Origin: Bacilli bacterium
GTDB lineage: Bacteria > Bacillota_I > Bacilli_A > RFN20 > CAG-288
Length of the DNA stretch: 64,000 bases
Assembly (NCBI GenBank): GCA_022647725.1
Contig: JALCLG010000001.1
Location: 709-64,708 of the forward strand
Direction of reading: 5' to 3'
Shown in pieces: positions 15,125 to 25,473 of the stretch. A program made the translations under genes and the position numbers. Within the stretch, counting starts at the first letter, position 1. The number at the start of each line of letters is the position of its first letter. The notes under the pieces are model-generated. The model was not told the DNA's origin and ran no database searches. It saw nothing but the letters and a program-made list of their open reading frames with translations.

Positions 15125-16897
15125 ATGAAACGAGCAAAAAGTATGGTATCGGTAGCCTTCTTGCTGGCGCTGGTCTTAAGTGCCTGCGGAAAGTCGAGCC
15201 CGGTTCAGCAGGAAAATCAGGACTATCCTTTCTATCAGAGCACCCTGGCCAATAAAAAGACGATCAATCTCACCTTCTTCAAAGGCATCAAAGACATTCC
15301 TTATCTCTCCTTGGATACCCTCAAGTCTCTCTTAGAGTCATCCATGGCTGAAACCGGCGACCTAGCCTATGCCTTAACCAAAACGGAATCGGGAAAGAAA
15401 ATCACCCTGACCCGGGAAAACAAGGCCACCTGCTGCTTTGATTTTGCCGCCGGCACGATTACCTTCTCGGATTACGATCTTTTCTCGGCGCTGCCTTGCG
15501 CGGGAAGCGGACTCGACCTCGATACGGACGATGACCTCAATGACGCCAACCAGGGGGAATACCTTCAACGCCAAAAAGACAAAGACTACTATCGCCCCGG
15601 CAATGAACTGGTCCTGACTCCGAAGGACTACGGCATCGACCTTTATTATCAGGGCGGCAAAGGCTATCTGCCCCTGACCACGGCCTCGGATTTCTTCTTT
15701 GCCGTCTATATGCCGACGCTGGCTTTCAACGGTCAATCCGTTTTTCTTTTCCCCGGTTCGATGAGTGACCTCAGCGATGTCTATTACCAGGTGCCTACAA
15801 AAGCGGTAAGCAGTGACCTGGCAGCCTTTGCTTACCATGAGCTCTGTTTCACGCTCGACCATATCTATGGTCTGAAGAAGCAGCATGGGATCACCGCCTT
15901 CGATACGGTCTTCCAGCAGAACGGTTTTCAGGCGGATTTCTTAGGAACGGATCCGGTAAAGCAGGATGTCGACTACGAGAAATTAGCCTATGCCACCTTA
16001 GCCGATATGCACAGCAATTTTGTCGCTAACTCTCCTTTTGCCGGAAAGGAAGCAACTCCTTCCCGTCAGGCGGGGATGAATACCTATGGGAGTCCTTCGT
16101 ACTTAGCCAAAGCAGCGGCTTTCGGTGAATTCGGAGCCGCTCAGGCAACGGCCTTCCCGCAGGGCTGTCCGAGCTATGAAGTCATCGGCGATACGGCTTA
16201 TGTGACCTTCGATTCCTTTGTCTCAGCAACCCAGGATTACTACACGACAGCCCCCACGGCGGATGCGGAAGACACTTTCGGCATCGCGGCCTATGCCCAC
16301 CAGCAGATTTCAAGTAACAGCGCCATCAAGAACGTGGTCCTGGATCTCTCCGCCAATACCGGCGGCGAGAGCCGGGCAGCAATCTTTACCTTGGCTTGGT
16401 TTTTAGGCGAAGCCGAAGTCAGCCTCCAAAGTGCCGCCACCTTGGGTGTCAGCACCATGGTCTATAGGGCCGATGTCAATCTCGATCATGTCTTTGACGA
16501 CAAGGACACCCTGACCGATAAGAACCTTTATTGTCTGATCTCCCCGAGCAGTTTCTCCAGCGGCAACTTGGTGCCTTCCTTCTTCAAGAACTCCGGCAAG
16601 GTCACCCTGTTAGGTCAGAACTCCGGTGGCGGCGCCTGCAACGTCCAGCCGCTGGTGAGTGCTACCGGAACCTATCTGACGATTTCCTCAGAGCGTGTCC
16701 TTTCCCGGGTCATCAATGGTTCCTATTACGATATCGACCAAGGCGTCGCCCCGGATTATCCCATCACGAAAACAGCAGACTTCTACGACCGTACCTGGCT
16801 GACAAGCACGATTGATACCGGGGATGTTAAGTGTCAAAAAAGCGGAACTGAAAATGAAGGGACATTCCACCGGAATATAAGAAAAGGCCCGGCATAG
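15125..16897 (+). CDS. S41 family peptidase lipoprotein (paralog 2)
   Basis: Signal and lipobox read MKRAKSMVSVAFLLALVLSACG. DLSANTGGE and ISPSSFSSGN motifs are present. The gene is divergent from paralog 1. Confidence 0.8.
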   Translation: MKRAKSMVSVAFLLALVLSACGKSSPVQQENQDYPFYQSTLANKKTINLTFFKGIKDIPYLSLDTLKSLLESSMAETGDLAYALTKTESGKKITLTRENKATCCFDFAAGTITFSDYDLFSALPCAGSGLDLDTDDDLNDANQGEYLQRQKDKDYYRPGNELVLTPKDYGIDLYYQGGKGYLPLTTASDFFFAVYMPTLAFNGQSVFLFPGSMSDLSDVYYQVPTKAVSSDLAAFAYHELCFTLDHIYGLKKQHGITAFDTVFQQNGFQADFLGTDPVKQDVDYEKLAYATLADMHSNFVANSPFAGKEATPSRQAGMNTYGSPSYLAKAAAFGEFGAAQATAFPQGCPSYEVIGDTAYVTFDSFVSATQDYYTTAPTADAEDTFGIAAYAHQQISSNSAIKNVVLDLSANTGGESRAAIFTLAWFLGEAEVSLQSAATLGVSTMVYRADVNLDHVFDDKDTLTDKNLYCLISPSSFSSGNLVPSFFKNSGKVTLLGQNSGGGACNVQPLVSATGTYLTISSERVLSRVINGSYYDIDQGVAPDYPITKTADFYDRTWLTSTIDTGDVKCQKSGTENEGTFHRNIRKGPA

Positions 16898-16923
16898 CCG
16901 AGCCTGTATCCTATTTTGGGTCT

Positions 16924-17721
16924 TTATTTTTCAAAGAAGATGGAAGCAGAGATGCCAAGGTAGTTGTCACCTTGGTACTTGGGGAATGCCGACTTCATCG
17001 CAGCAGTAAAGGAAGCGCGGTCATTTGAAGAAGCCGCAATCTCAATGGTTTTCCGGAGATAAGCAATCTTCGTGGCCACGTCGTTCTCATCTTCGGCCTC
17101 ATAGTGGCTGGTAAGCAGAAGATCGTAGTTTTTCCTCTCAGCGCCTTCCAGTCCGGCAATCATGGCCTTTGCGCCTTCAAGACCTGGCACAATGCTATGG
17201 ACATCGTGTCCCAGCATATGAAGGTAAAGGGAGTTAACGGAAGGAATCTCAACATCGAAGCCGTCGTGATTCTCTAAGAGGCAGAGTTCAACACCCTCAA
17301 GAATGTTTTTGCCTTCCTTGACGAAAGAGAAGTTCTCACGGTCTTCGTCCTGAATAGCATTCCCAAATGCCTTGCGGAAGGAATTGTAAAGGGCAATCTG
17401 CGATCCACTCGTGAGGGCGACATGGGCCTTTCTGGTGGTGATGAGGGGAGCATCCGGAAGGTAGTCCTTCGGTGCGACGTGGTTGGCAAGAAGAATCACA
17501 ACCGGCTTCTTCAAAGAGGCCACAAAGGCGTTCAGTTCCTGAACGCTCTCCTTAAAAAGAGGTGCCTCGATGGAGACAATGCCTTTCGCTCCTTCAACAA
17601 GAATGACCTGATCCCCAATAGGGTCATTGGCAGTGTAATAATGAAGCTTCGTTGTTCCGAAGTCATAGGTTCTTACAAAGCCTTTGTTCAGATTGGTCTG
17701 CACGTAATCTGTTTTTTTCAT
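16924..17721 (-). CDS. Hypothetical protein (possibly a degenerate MBL-fold protein), divergent from the HxlR regulator
   Basis: AAGGAGG RBS sits 10 nt before the ATG at 17721. No canonical HxHxDH motif was seen, so the family call is weak. Confidence 0.6.
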   Translation of the reverse strand: MKKTDYVQTNLNKGFVRTYDFGTTKLHYYTANDPIGDQVILVEGAKGIVSIEAPLFKESVQELNAFVASLKKPVVILLANHVAPKDYLPDAPLITTRKAHVALTSGSQIALYNSFRKAFGNAIQDEDRENFSFVKEGKNILEGVELCLLENHDGFDVEIPSVNSLYLHMLGHDVHSIVPGLEGAKAMIAGLEGAERKNYDLLLTSHYEAEDENDVATKIAYLRKTIEIAASSNDRASFTAAMKSAFPKYQGDNYLGISASIFFEK

Positions 17722-17826
17722 ATGTTGCAATCCTCCTTGATTGCAAGTACAATATAGCCCAAGGGTATTTTATAGTGAAGAACGCACTAAAAAGTGCCAT
17801 AGTATCTAAAAGGAAACTAATGGCCT

Positions 17827-18153
17827 ATGATCAATAAAAACAAACTTCCGCCGTGCCCAGTCCAGACAACCCTTCTTTTCATTTCAGACAAATGGCGCAT
17901 TCTTATCATCCGGGATCTCCTTAGCGGGACCAAACGTTTTTCGGAACTGAAACGCTCACTGGCGCCTGTCACCCAGAAGATGCTGACCCAGCAGCTGCGG
18001 GGAATGGAAGAGGATGGTCTTATCGCCCGCAAGGTTTACCCTGTCGTCCCGCCGAAGGTCGAATACTCCTTGACCGAGCTCGGACGTTCTCTTGCCCCGG
18101 TTTTGGATTCCATGAAACTGTGGGGACTCGACTATAAAGCTAAGCTTCAATAG
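17827..18153 (+). CDS. HxlR family transcriptional regulator
   Basis: CPVQTTLLFISDKWRILIIRDLLSGTKRFSELKRSL...PPKVEYSLTELG is the typical HxlR winged-helix signature. Confidence 0.85.
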   Translation: MINKNKLPPCPVQTTLLFISDKWRILIIRDLLSGTKRFSELKRSLAPVTQKMLTQQLRGMEEDGLIARKVYPVVPPKVEYSLTELGRSLAPVLDSMKLWGLDYKAKLQ

Positions 18154-18252
18154 ATGTTGTTTATTCGTTGAGATTCACCTAATCCCTTTTAAATCCTTGG
18201 CAAATCAAAGAAATGTCAGGTGTTTTTTAGTTTCTGGCAGTTGTCGGGCTTT

Positions 18253-18948
18253 TTACAGGGCTGGTGTCGTCCCTGTCCTTTTGTCCACCATCACCTTGCC
18301 ATCCTGAATGTGAATCAGCAGGTCGGCTTTCTCAGCATAATCCGGATTGTGGGTCACCATGACGACCGTCCGGTTATGATGGACATACTGGAACAGCAGA
18401 TCGACGATCTGGTCGCCGTCTTCCTGGTTCAGACTGCCGGTCGGTTCATCGGCCAAAAGAATCGGCGGGTTATGATACATCGCTCTTGCTAAGGCAATCC
18501 GCTGTTTCTCCCCGCCGGAGAGACGGGTCGGATGGCGATGACGGAGCTTCTCCAAATGGAAACGGACCAGCAAGGCCATGGCTCTCTTCTTCCGTTCATG
18601 GGCCCGAACTCCCGTCAGCATCAACGGGAAGGCGACATTCTCCAGAACCGTCAGGGAATTCTCAAGATTGGAGCTCTGAAAGAGCAGACCGGCATTGGCT
18701 TGGCGCCATTCGCCTTGGTTGGTCGGATAGGAGCTGGCATATTCCACGCCGTCAATCAGAAGACTTCCTTCTTGGGGAGAATCCATGGTGGATATCACAT
18801 TGAGAAGAGTGGTCTTGCCAGAGCCGCTCTTACCGATGATGGCCGTCATCTTCTTATCTTCAATGGTCAGGGAAATATCCCTGATGGCATAAAAAGGTTC
18901 CTGATTGAAACGGTAATAGGACCGTAAGACATTCTTCAGGGCAATCAT
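18253..18948 (-). CDS. ABC transporter ATP-binding protein (MacB/FtsE-like), no adjacent permease
   Basis: Walker A is GKSGSGKTT, the signature is LSGGEKQRIALARA, and Walker B is ILLADEPTGSLN. Confidence 0.85.
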   Translation of the reverse strand: MIALKNVLRSYYRFNQEPFYAIRDISLTIEDKKMTAIIGKSGSGKTTLLNVISTMDSPQEGSLLIDGVEYASSYPTNQGEWRQANAGLLFQSSNLENSLTVLENVAFPLMLTGVRAHERKKRAMALLVRFHLEKLRHRHPTRLSGGEKQRIALARAMYHNPPILLADEPTGSLNQEDGDQIVDLLFQYVHHNRTVVMVTHNPDYAEKADLLIHIQDGKVMVDKRTGTTPAL

Positions 18949-19152
18949 AGAAAAAGCATACGGAATAAAGTGCTAAAGAAGTGCTATAGGCAATACGATA
19001 GAGGGGAAAGCTGAAGAAAGTTGGTAATCTTATCTTTGGTTAATTCTTAGGGTATCTTCTTATCCTTTTAGGTAACAAATCATTCCGATGGATCTGTCCC
19101 GGATTGCTGGGCTTAGGTTTCGTAAAAACGTGGCTTCGATGGAAACGTAATT

Positions 19153-19163
19153 TGGTATACTAT
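19153..19163 (+). promoter_or_regulatory. Extended -10 promoter element TTTGGTATACT
   Basis: It lies about 45 nt upstream of the ATG at 19207. Confidence 0.35.
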
Positions 19164-19206
19164 GCTCATCAGTCTTTGACACGTTGCTCTAGGAGGAGAA
19201 GGAACC

Positions 19207-19962
19207 ATGATTATCGATTCATACCGGAAAGAAGACGGCAAGATGTCACCGCAAAGCGTTTATGGGCCGGGCAAGAACATTGCCGATGTCTGCATTGTTA
19301 CTTTTTCTGAAAAACTGACGAGGATGATTCTTGAGGAATACCATCCCGAAATGGTCGCCGACATGGGTTCCACGAATGGCCACACCCCAATCTATGTTTT
19401 GACCTACCAAGGCAAAAAAATCTGCTTTTACAACTCACCGATGGGCAGTGCCCTCGCTGGCACCTATTCAATGGTGACTGCTCACCTCGTCGGGGTGAAG
19501 AAATTCATTGTCTTCGGCAGTGCCGGCCGGCTCGACAAGGCCATCACCCCCCTTTCTTTCATCGTGCCGACAGCAGCCTACCGGGATGAGGGGCTCTCCT
19601 ATCATTATGTTCCTGCCGGCGACTATATTGAAATCAAGAACCATCGCTTCATCGAGGCTTTCCTTAAAGACAGCAACATCCCTTATTTTTCCGGAAAGTG
19701 CTGGACAACGGATGCGTTTTATAAGGAGACGGAGTCAGAGATCCAGCAACGCAAGCAAGAAGGCTGCATTGCCGTCGACATGGAATGTGCCGGCATGCAG
19801 GCCGTTGCGGATTACTACGGTTTTGACTTCTATGAGTTCTTCTTCGGGGTCGACCAGCTGGATTCCCTGGAATGGGACAAAGCTACCATGGGAAGCGGCA
19901 AGGACGTGTTCCGGCATCACGACATCTTCGAACTCGCTCTCGCCATGGCTCTGAAGATCTGA
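19207..19962 (+). CDS. Nucleoside phosphorylase (PNP/UDP family, uridine phosphorylase-like)
   Basis: GGAGGAG RBS. FGSAGRL and VDMECAGMQAVADYYG motifs are present. Confidence 0.75.
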   Translation: MIIDSYRKEDGKMSPQSVYGPGKNIADVCIVTFSEKLTRMILEEYHPEMVADMGSTNGHTPIYVLTYQGKKICFYNSPMGSALAGTYSMVTAHLVGVKKFIVFGSAGRLDKAITPLSFIVPTAAYRDEGLSYHYVPAGDYIEIKNHRFIEAFLKDSNIPYFSGKCWTTDAFYKETESEIQQRKQEGCIAVDMECAGMQAVADYYGFDFYEFFFGVDQLDSLEWDKATMGSGKDVFRHHDIFELALAMALKI

Positions 19963-19985
19963 AGAATTCAAAAAAGCAGGTTATT

Positions 19986-20834
19986 TTAATGACCTGAGCT
20001 CAGGCTCTTCACGTACTGCTTCGGGGTCATTTGGGTCATTCGCTTAAAGACGACGATGAAGTAAGAATAGTCGGCAAAGCCGACCTTTGAGGCGACGGCC
20101 GCGATTTTGAGTTCAGGGTTTTCCTCGAAGATCTCCTTGGCTTTGGCAATTCTCAGGGTTCGGATGTGCTCCGCGATGCCTTCCTTGTAGACCTTGGCTG
20201 ACATCTCATACAAGGTGGTCCGTCCCAGACCAAATTTGGAACAAAGGGACACGGCGGTCAGATTCCCATCGAGGTTAGCGTTGATGTAGTTATCGATCCT
20301 GGCCGGCAGGTCTTCATAGCGGAGATAAGCGATACGGGCAAAGCAGAGATAGCTGGCAGCCGCCTGAAGAAGGCTGGAGGCTGCCTGGAGGTATTTGGCA
20401 TCGAAAAGCGGCATGGCCGAAATATCGTTTTTAGCTGTCTTGATATCGACGTGGTATTGTTCCGCCGCTTTCTTAATGGCATCCCAAGCTGCTTTGTGAG
20501 AAGGATAATTGAGAATATGGGCAAAGAAAAGATAACCGATCAGCTGCCCGGAGAAGATGATGGGAGAGATGATCTCATACAACCCGGCATGGCAGACATA
20601 GAGATAGGGGTCTTTCATCTTGGCAGCCTTCATCATATGGAGACGGTCGCATTCCTTGCAGTCTTTGTCGCAGGCTTCCTTCTGTCGCAACAGGGCACAG
20701 ATAGGAGCCCGTTCCTTCGGGTAGTCACAGATTTCTTTGAAGTCCAGGTCAAAGACCGCGACCCGGATATGGGAAATCGTGTAGAAGTCTTTGATTCTTT
20801 TCTCTAATTCCGCAAAATCAAAGTAAGATTCCAT
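19986..20834 (-). CDS. AraC family regulator with an N-terminal PocR-like sensory domain
   Basis: The Cys-rich N-terminal domain (..ICALLRQKEACDKDCKECDRLH..) is followed by a C-terminal AraC double HTH (..FADYSYFIVVFKRMTQMTPKQY). Confidence 0.8.
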   Translation of the reverse strand: MESYFDFAELEKRIKDFYTISHIRVAVFDLDFKEICDYPKERAPICALLRQKEACDKDCKECDRLHMMKAAKMKDPYLYVCHAGLYEIISPIIFSGQLIGYLFFAHILNYPSHKAAWDAIKKAAEQYHVDIKTAKNDISAMPLFDAKYLQAASSLLQAAASYLCFARIAYLRYEDLPARIDNYINANLDGNLTAVSLCSKFGLGRTTLYEMSAKVYKEGIAEHIRTLRIAKAKEIFEENPELKIAAVASKVGFADYSYFIVVFKRMTQMTPKQYVKSLSSGH

Positions 20835-20974
20835 AGGTACTCCTTATATTGAATATAGCAACATAAGCGAACAAAATCAATATTTCTTAGGACGCCTATG
20901 GATATTCAATGAAATCGCTTCCATTTTATAATGATAACAACCTAGATAAGGTGGGTTTATAGGGAGCTTACGTT

Positions 20975-23272
20975 ATGGAAAGCATTCAAGAGACCATTCA
21001 GTCCGGAAAGACCGTCCTCGGTCTGGAATTCGGATCTACGCGGATCAAAGCCTGCTTAATCGATAAGCATGCGACGCCTCTGGCCAGCGGCTCCTTTGCT
21101 TGGGAAAACCAACTCGACCAGGGCATCTGGTCTTACTCTTTGAAACAGATCGTCGAAGGGCTCCAAGCCTGCTATGCCTCACTCAGTGCTGACATCCGGA
21201 AAAAATACGGAATTTTTCTTGAAAAGACAAAGGCTATCGGCCTGTCGGGAATGATGCATGGCTATATGCCCTTTGACCAGGAAGGCCAGCTATTGGTTCC
21301 TTTCAGGACCTGGCGCAACACCATCACCGCTCCGGCTGCGGAAGAACTGAGTCAGCTCTTCCAGTTCAATATCCCGCAGCGCTGGTCGATTGCCCATTTC
21401 TATCAGGCGATTCTTAACGGTGAAAAGCACGTCTCTCAGGTGTCATACCTGACGACCTTGGCTGTCTATGTGCAGTCTCTCTTAGCCGGCGTCCGAGCGG
21501 TTGGCATCGGCGAAGCTTCCGGCATGTTTCCGATCGGACCGGATGGGGAAGGCTATGATGTCAACAAAGAAAGGCTCTTTGATGAGTTAGCTAAGTCCCA
21601 TGGTTTCACGAAGCCGATTGCTACCTTGCTTCCTAAGATTGTCAAAGCCGGTCAAAGTGCTGGCGTTTTAACCCAAGAAGGCGCAGACCTTCTTGATCCA
21701 TCGGGTCACCTTCAGGCGGGCATTCCTTTCTGTCCGCCGGAAGGCGATGCCGAGACGGGCATGGCTGCCACCAATGCCTTGGCTCCCTTAACCGGCAATG
21801 TCTCGGCCGGAACGTCGGTTTTTGCCATGGTTGTCCTGGATAAGCCTCTGAACAAGCTTCATCAGGAGATTGATATCGTCACGACCCCGGAAGGCAGAGA
21901 GACGGCGATGGTCCATGCCAACAACTGCTGTGGCGAGCTGGATCACTGGGTCAGCCTTTTTGACCAGGTGCTGAAAGCCAATGGTGCCAACGTCGATAAA
22001 AACACTCTTTATCAGAATCTTTACGAAACCAGTCTGAAGGCGGATGAGAACGTCGGCGGCTTAGAGGCTTCGAATTATCTCTCCGGCGAAGCCATCACCG
22101 GCATCCCCGACGGCCAAGCCTTGTTCATGCATCATTTCAGTGATTCGATGACGCTTCCCAATTTCATGCGAGCACAGCTTTATACTTCGTTAGCCACGCT
22201 CCGCTTAGGGATGGACATTCTGAAAGACGAAGGCATCACGGCGACTCAGATGGCTGGCCAAGGCGGTTTCTTTACCGTCAAAAGCGTCGGACCGGCCGTC
22301 ATGGCCGCGGCGTTACGAAGCAATATCACGTTATTGAAGACGGCCGGCGAAGGCGGCCCGTGGGGCATGGCTTTACTCGCCTCCTATCTGCCTTGGAAGA
22401 AAAAAGACGAAGGACTCGAGGATTATCTCAATCGGGCCGTCTTTGCTCACGCTCCGGCCGAATCCTTCTCTCCCGGCAATCAAGCAGGCAGCTTTGATAC
22501 GTTCATGGCGAACTATCCGCATACGTTAGCAGTTGAAAGAACAGCGGTAGCTAAAGAAAAAGCTGACTCCTCGCTGGATGATCTCAAAAGGCGGGTCTGC
22601 CAAGCCAATCTGGATTTAGTCCGAAACGGCTTAGTGATTCTCACCTGGGGCAATGTCTCTGCGATTGACCGGAAGAAGGGGTTGGTCGTCATCAAGCCGT
22701 CCGGCGTGGATTATCAGAAGATGCGCTGGCAGGATATGGTCGTGGTGGATCTTGACGGAACGGTTATCGAAGGAACCCTGAATCCTTCCTCGGACACGCC
22801 GACCCATTTAGCTCTCTACAAGGCTTTTCCGACCCTAGGCGGCATCTGCCACACGCATTCCTTCAATGCCGTGGCCTTTGCTCAGGCGGGCAGGCCGATT
22901 ACCGCTTACGGAACAACCCACGCCGATGCGTTCTATGGGGATGTTCCGGTGACCCGGAGTCTGTCGAAAGCGGAAATCGAACAGGACTATGAGCTGAATA
23001 CCGGAAAGGTGATCATCGAGACTTTCCAGGGCAAGGATCCGTTAGCGATTCCGGCGGTCCTGGTGAAGAACCATGGTCCCTTCACCTGGGGAACAACTCC
23101 GGAGAAGGCCGTTGAGAATGCCCAGATCCTGGAAGCCGATGCCCAAATGGCCATCGCCACGGAAATCCTCAATCCTTCCGTCAAACGGGTGGACCAGAAC
23201 CTGCTAGACAAACATTATCACCGCAAGCACGGCAAGAACGCTTATTACGGACAGGCCAACCCAAAAGGGTAG
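20975..23272 (+). CDS. Fusion protein: FGGY-family sugar kinase (about 530 aa) plus L-ribulose-5-phosphate 4-epimerase/class II aldolase-like domain (about 230 aa)
   Basis: The N-terminus has LGLEFGSTRIKACL (FGGY/ASKHA). The C-terminal part has LTWGNVSAIDRKKGLVVIKPSGVDY...DTPTHLALYKAF..GGICHTHS (AraD-like). Confidence 0.8.
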   Translation: MESIQETIQSGKTVLGLEFGSTRIKACLIDKHATPLASGSFAWENQLDQGIWSYSLKQIVEGLQACYASLSADIRKKYGIFLEKTKAIGLSGMMHGYMPFDQEGQLLVPFRTWRNTITAPAAEELSQLFQFNIPQRWSIAHFYQAILNGEKHVSQVSYLTTLAVYVQSLLAGVRAVGIGEASGMFPIGPDGEGYDVNKERLFDELAKSHGFTKPIATLLPKIVKAGQSAGVLTQEGADLLDPSGHLQAGIPFCPPEGDAETGMAATNALAPLTGNVSAGTSVFAMVVLDKPLNKLHQEIDIVTTPEGRETAMVHANNCCGELDHWVSLFDQVLKANGANVDKNTLYQNLYETSLKADENVGGLEASNYLSGEAITGIPDGQALFMHHFSDSMTLPNFMRAQLYTSLATLRLGMDILKDEGITATQMAGQGGFFTVKSVGPAVMAAALRSNITLLKTAGEGGPWGMALLASYLPWKKKDEGLEDYLNRAVFAHAPAESFSPGNQAGSFDTFMANYPHTLAVERTAVAKEKADSSLDDLKRRVCQANLDLVRNGLVILTWGNVSAIDRKKGLVVIKPSGVDYQKMRWQDMVVVDLDGTVIEGTLNPSSDTPTHLALYKAFPTLGGICHTHSFNAVAFAQAGRPITAYGTTHADAFYGDVPVTRSLSKAEIEQDYELNTGKVIIETFQGKDPLAIPAVLVKNHGPFTWGTTPEKAVENAQILEADAQMAIATEILNPSVKRVDQNLLDKHYHRKHGKNAYYGQANPKG

Positions 23273-23327
23273 AATAAGAGTCAAGAAGAGCAACGCTGAA
23301 ATCAGGAATCCTGAAGGAGGAAAAGCA

Positions 23328-24806
23328 ATGGCACTATATATCGGTGGCGATGTCGGTACCTCGGCCTTAAAGCTTGTTTTGTTGGATGAGAAAGGCATGC
23401 TGGTCCGCTCCGTCAATGAAGAGTATCCTCTATCTTTTCCGCATCCGGGCTGGTCAGAGCAGAACCCAGAGGATTGGTGGAAAGCCTTCGTGAAGGGGCT
23501 AGCGGACTTAGTCCGTCCCGAGGAAAGGCATCTTGTCAAAGGCATTAGCCTGGATGGTCAGATGCATGGGTTAGTCGCGCTGGATAAGGACGGCAAGGTC
23601 CTCCGTCCGGCGATTCTCTGGAACGATGAACGGACGGAAGAGGAAGTCCTCTATCTGAACGACCAGATTGGCAAAGAGTTCCTCTTAGCCAATACCGGGA
23701 ATATCGCTTATGCCGGGTTTACCGCTCCGAAGCTTTTGTGGATGAAGAAAAACGAACCGGATCTCTTTTGCAGGATTGCTCATATCCTGCTGCCGAAGGA
23801 CTATTTGGTCTATCGGCTCACCGGCCGACTCTCGACGGATTATTCCGATGCCGCCGGAACCCTGCTGTTGGATGTCAAGAACAGAAAATGGTCACAGAAG
23901 ATGCTCTCGGTCTGCGGGCTCACGTCTTCTCTTTTACCCCAAATCCATGAATCCCAGGACATCGTCGGGAATGTCGGAAAAGATGTCCGTCAGCTGCTGA
24001 AGCTTCCGGAAGATGTCTTCGTCCTGGCGGGAGCAGCTGACAATGCTGCGGCCGCATTAGGTGTCGGTGCTGTCTCCAGCGGCGACTGCAATATCTCTTT
24101 AGGAACATCGGGAACCATCTTTATGGCTACCGATAAATTCGCCTATGATCCCAATGGTGCCATCCACGCTTTCAATTCCGCCAATAAGTCCTATTGCCTC
24201 TTAGCCTGCATGCTGTCGGCAGCCAGCTGTCTGAAGTGGCTGAACGACAGCATCCTGAAGATCAAAGACTACAACCAGGAGCAGGCATTGATTGCTCCGA
24301 GTGATTTAGGTCACAACCCGGTTTATTTCCTCCCTTACCTGATGGGCGAACGAAGTCCGCTGAACGATCCGGCTGCCCGCGGTCTCTTTATCGGCCTCAG
24401 CATGGACACGAGACGGCAGGATCTCACTCAGGCGGTTCTGGAAGGTGTCTCCTTTGCCTTGAAGGATTCCTTAGTCGCCGCCCAGAAGATGGGCTTAACG
24501 ATTGCGAAGAGCTATCTTACCGGCGGGGGCAGCAAGTCGCCGTTATGGCGGCAGATGCTGGCCGATATCCTGGATATCCGGCTGAAAATCATCGGTGACG
24601 AATACGGTCCAGCTTACGGGATGGGGATGTTGGCCTTAGTCGCAGACGGCATCTACCCCGATCTCAAGGCCGCCCGGGACAGTCTCATCAAAGTCAAGGA
24701 AGTGATCGTTCCGAACCGGAAGACATCCGCGCTCTACCAAACCCGTTACGAAAGTTTCGCCAAGATCTATCCGACCGTCAAAGGCTTATATCGGGAACTG
24801 AAATAG
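23328..24806 (+). CDS. xylB: Xylulokinase
   Basis: MALYIGGDVGTSALKLVLLDEKG...PHPGWSEQNPEDWW is the classic XylB N-terminus. The whole ORF has an FGGY fold. Confidence 0.8.
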   Translation: MALYIGGDVGTSALKLVLLDEKGMLVRSVNEEYPLSFPHPGWSEQNPEDWWKAFVKGLADLVRPEERHLVKGISLDGQMHGLVALDKDGKVLRPAILWNDERTEEEVLYLNDQIGKEFLLANTGNIAYAGFTAPKLLWMKKNEPDLFCRIAHILLPKDYLVYRLTGRLSTDYSDAAGTLLLDVKNRKWSQKMLSVCGLTSSLLPQIHESQDIVGNVGKDVRQLLKLPEDVFVLAGAADNAAAALGVGAVSSGDCNISLGTSGTIFMATDKFAYDPNGAIHAFNSANKSYCLLACMLSAASCLKWLNDSILKIKDYNQEQALIAPSDLGHNPVYFLPYLMGERSPLNDPAARGLFIGLSMDTRRQDLTQAVLEGVSFALKDSLVAAQKMGLTIAKSYLTGGGSKSPLWRQMLADILDIRLKIIGDEYGPAYGMGMLALVADGIYPDLKAARDSLIKVKEVIVPNRKTSALYQTRYESFAKIYPTVKGLYRELK

Positions 24807-24818
24807 GAGGAAAAAATC

Positions 24819-25469
24819 ATGAAAATCGTTCCAGTCACAGATCCGTCATTCAAAGACTACGGAAGAGTCTTAGAAGGCTATTCTACCAACGAGATGATGT
24901 CAGCCTTAGCCAAGACGCCCTTACCGAAAGAAGGCACCGTCTATGTCGGCTCCGACCCGGACTTAGAAAAGGTCGGGCTCAGCAATGAGCTTTACCGGAA
25001 CTTTGCCGGTTTCCTTCCTCTCCAGGTCGGTTACTGCAACGGCCATAACACCAAGCTCAACTGTTTGGAGTATCACCGCTCCTCCGAGATCAACATGGGA
25101 ACGAAGGATTTCATCCTCTTGCTGGCCAAACGTTCGGAGATCGTCGATGGAAAACTGAATACGTCCAAAGTCAAAGCCTTCTTCGTACCCAAAGGCGTGC
25201 TGGTCGAAGTCTTTGCTACCACGCTCCATTACGCTCCCTGTGAGGCTAAGCCGAAGCAGGGCTTCCAGGTCTTAGTCGTCCTACCCAAGCATACCAACGA
25301 GCCGCTGCCACGGAAAAAGATCAAGACGATCGATCCGGAGAATCAGCTGCTCTGGGCCAAGAACAAATGGCTGTTAGCTCATCGAGAGTCGGTGGAGGCG
25401 AGTCAAGGTGCCTATGTCGGTCTGGTCGGTTCCAATAGCGATATCGCTAACGATATCAAAGGAGAATAA
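24819..25469 (+). CDS. DUF4867-like protein (cupin/ureidoglycolate-lyase-like), sugar-cluster associated
   Basis: The call rests on size and context next to the FucI-like isomerase. Family recognition is by memory only. Confidence 0.55.
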   Translation: MKIVPVTDPSFKDYGRVLEGYSTNEMMSALAKTPLPKEGTVYVGSDPDLEKVGLSNELYRNFAGFLPLQVGYCNGHNTKLNCLEYHRSSEINMGTKDFILLLAKRSEIVDGKLNTSKVKAFFVPKGVLVEVFATTLHYAPCEAKPKQGFQVLVVLPKHTNEPLPRKKIKTIDPENQLLWAKNKWLLAHRESVEASQGAYVGLVGSNSDIANDIKGE

Positions 25470-25473
25470 AACT

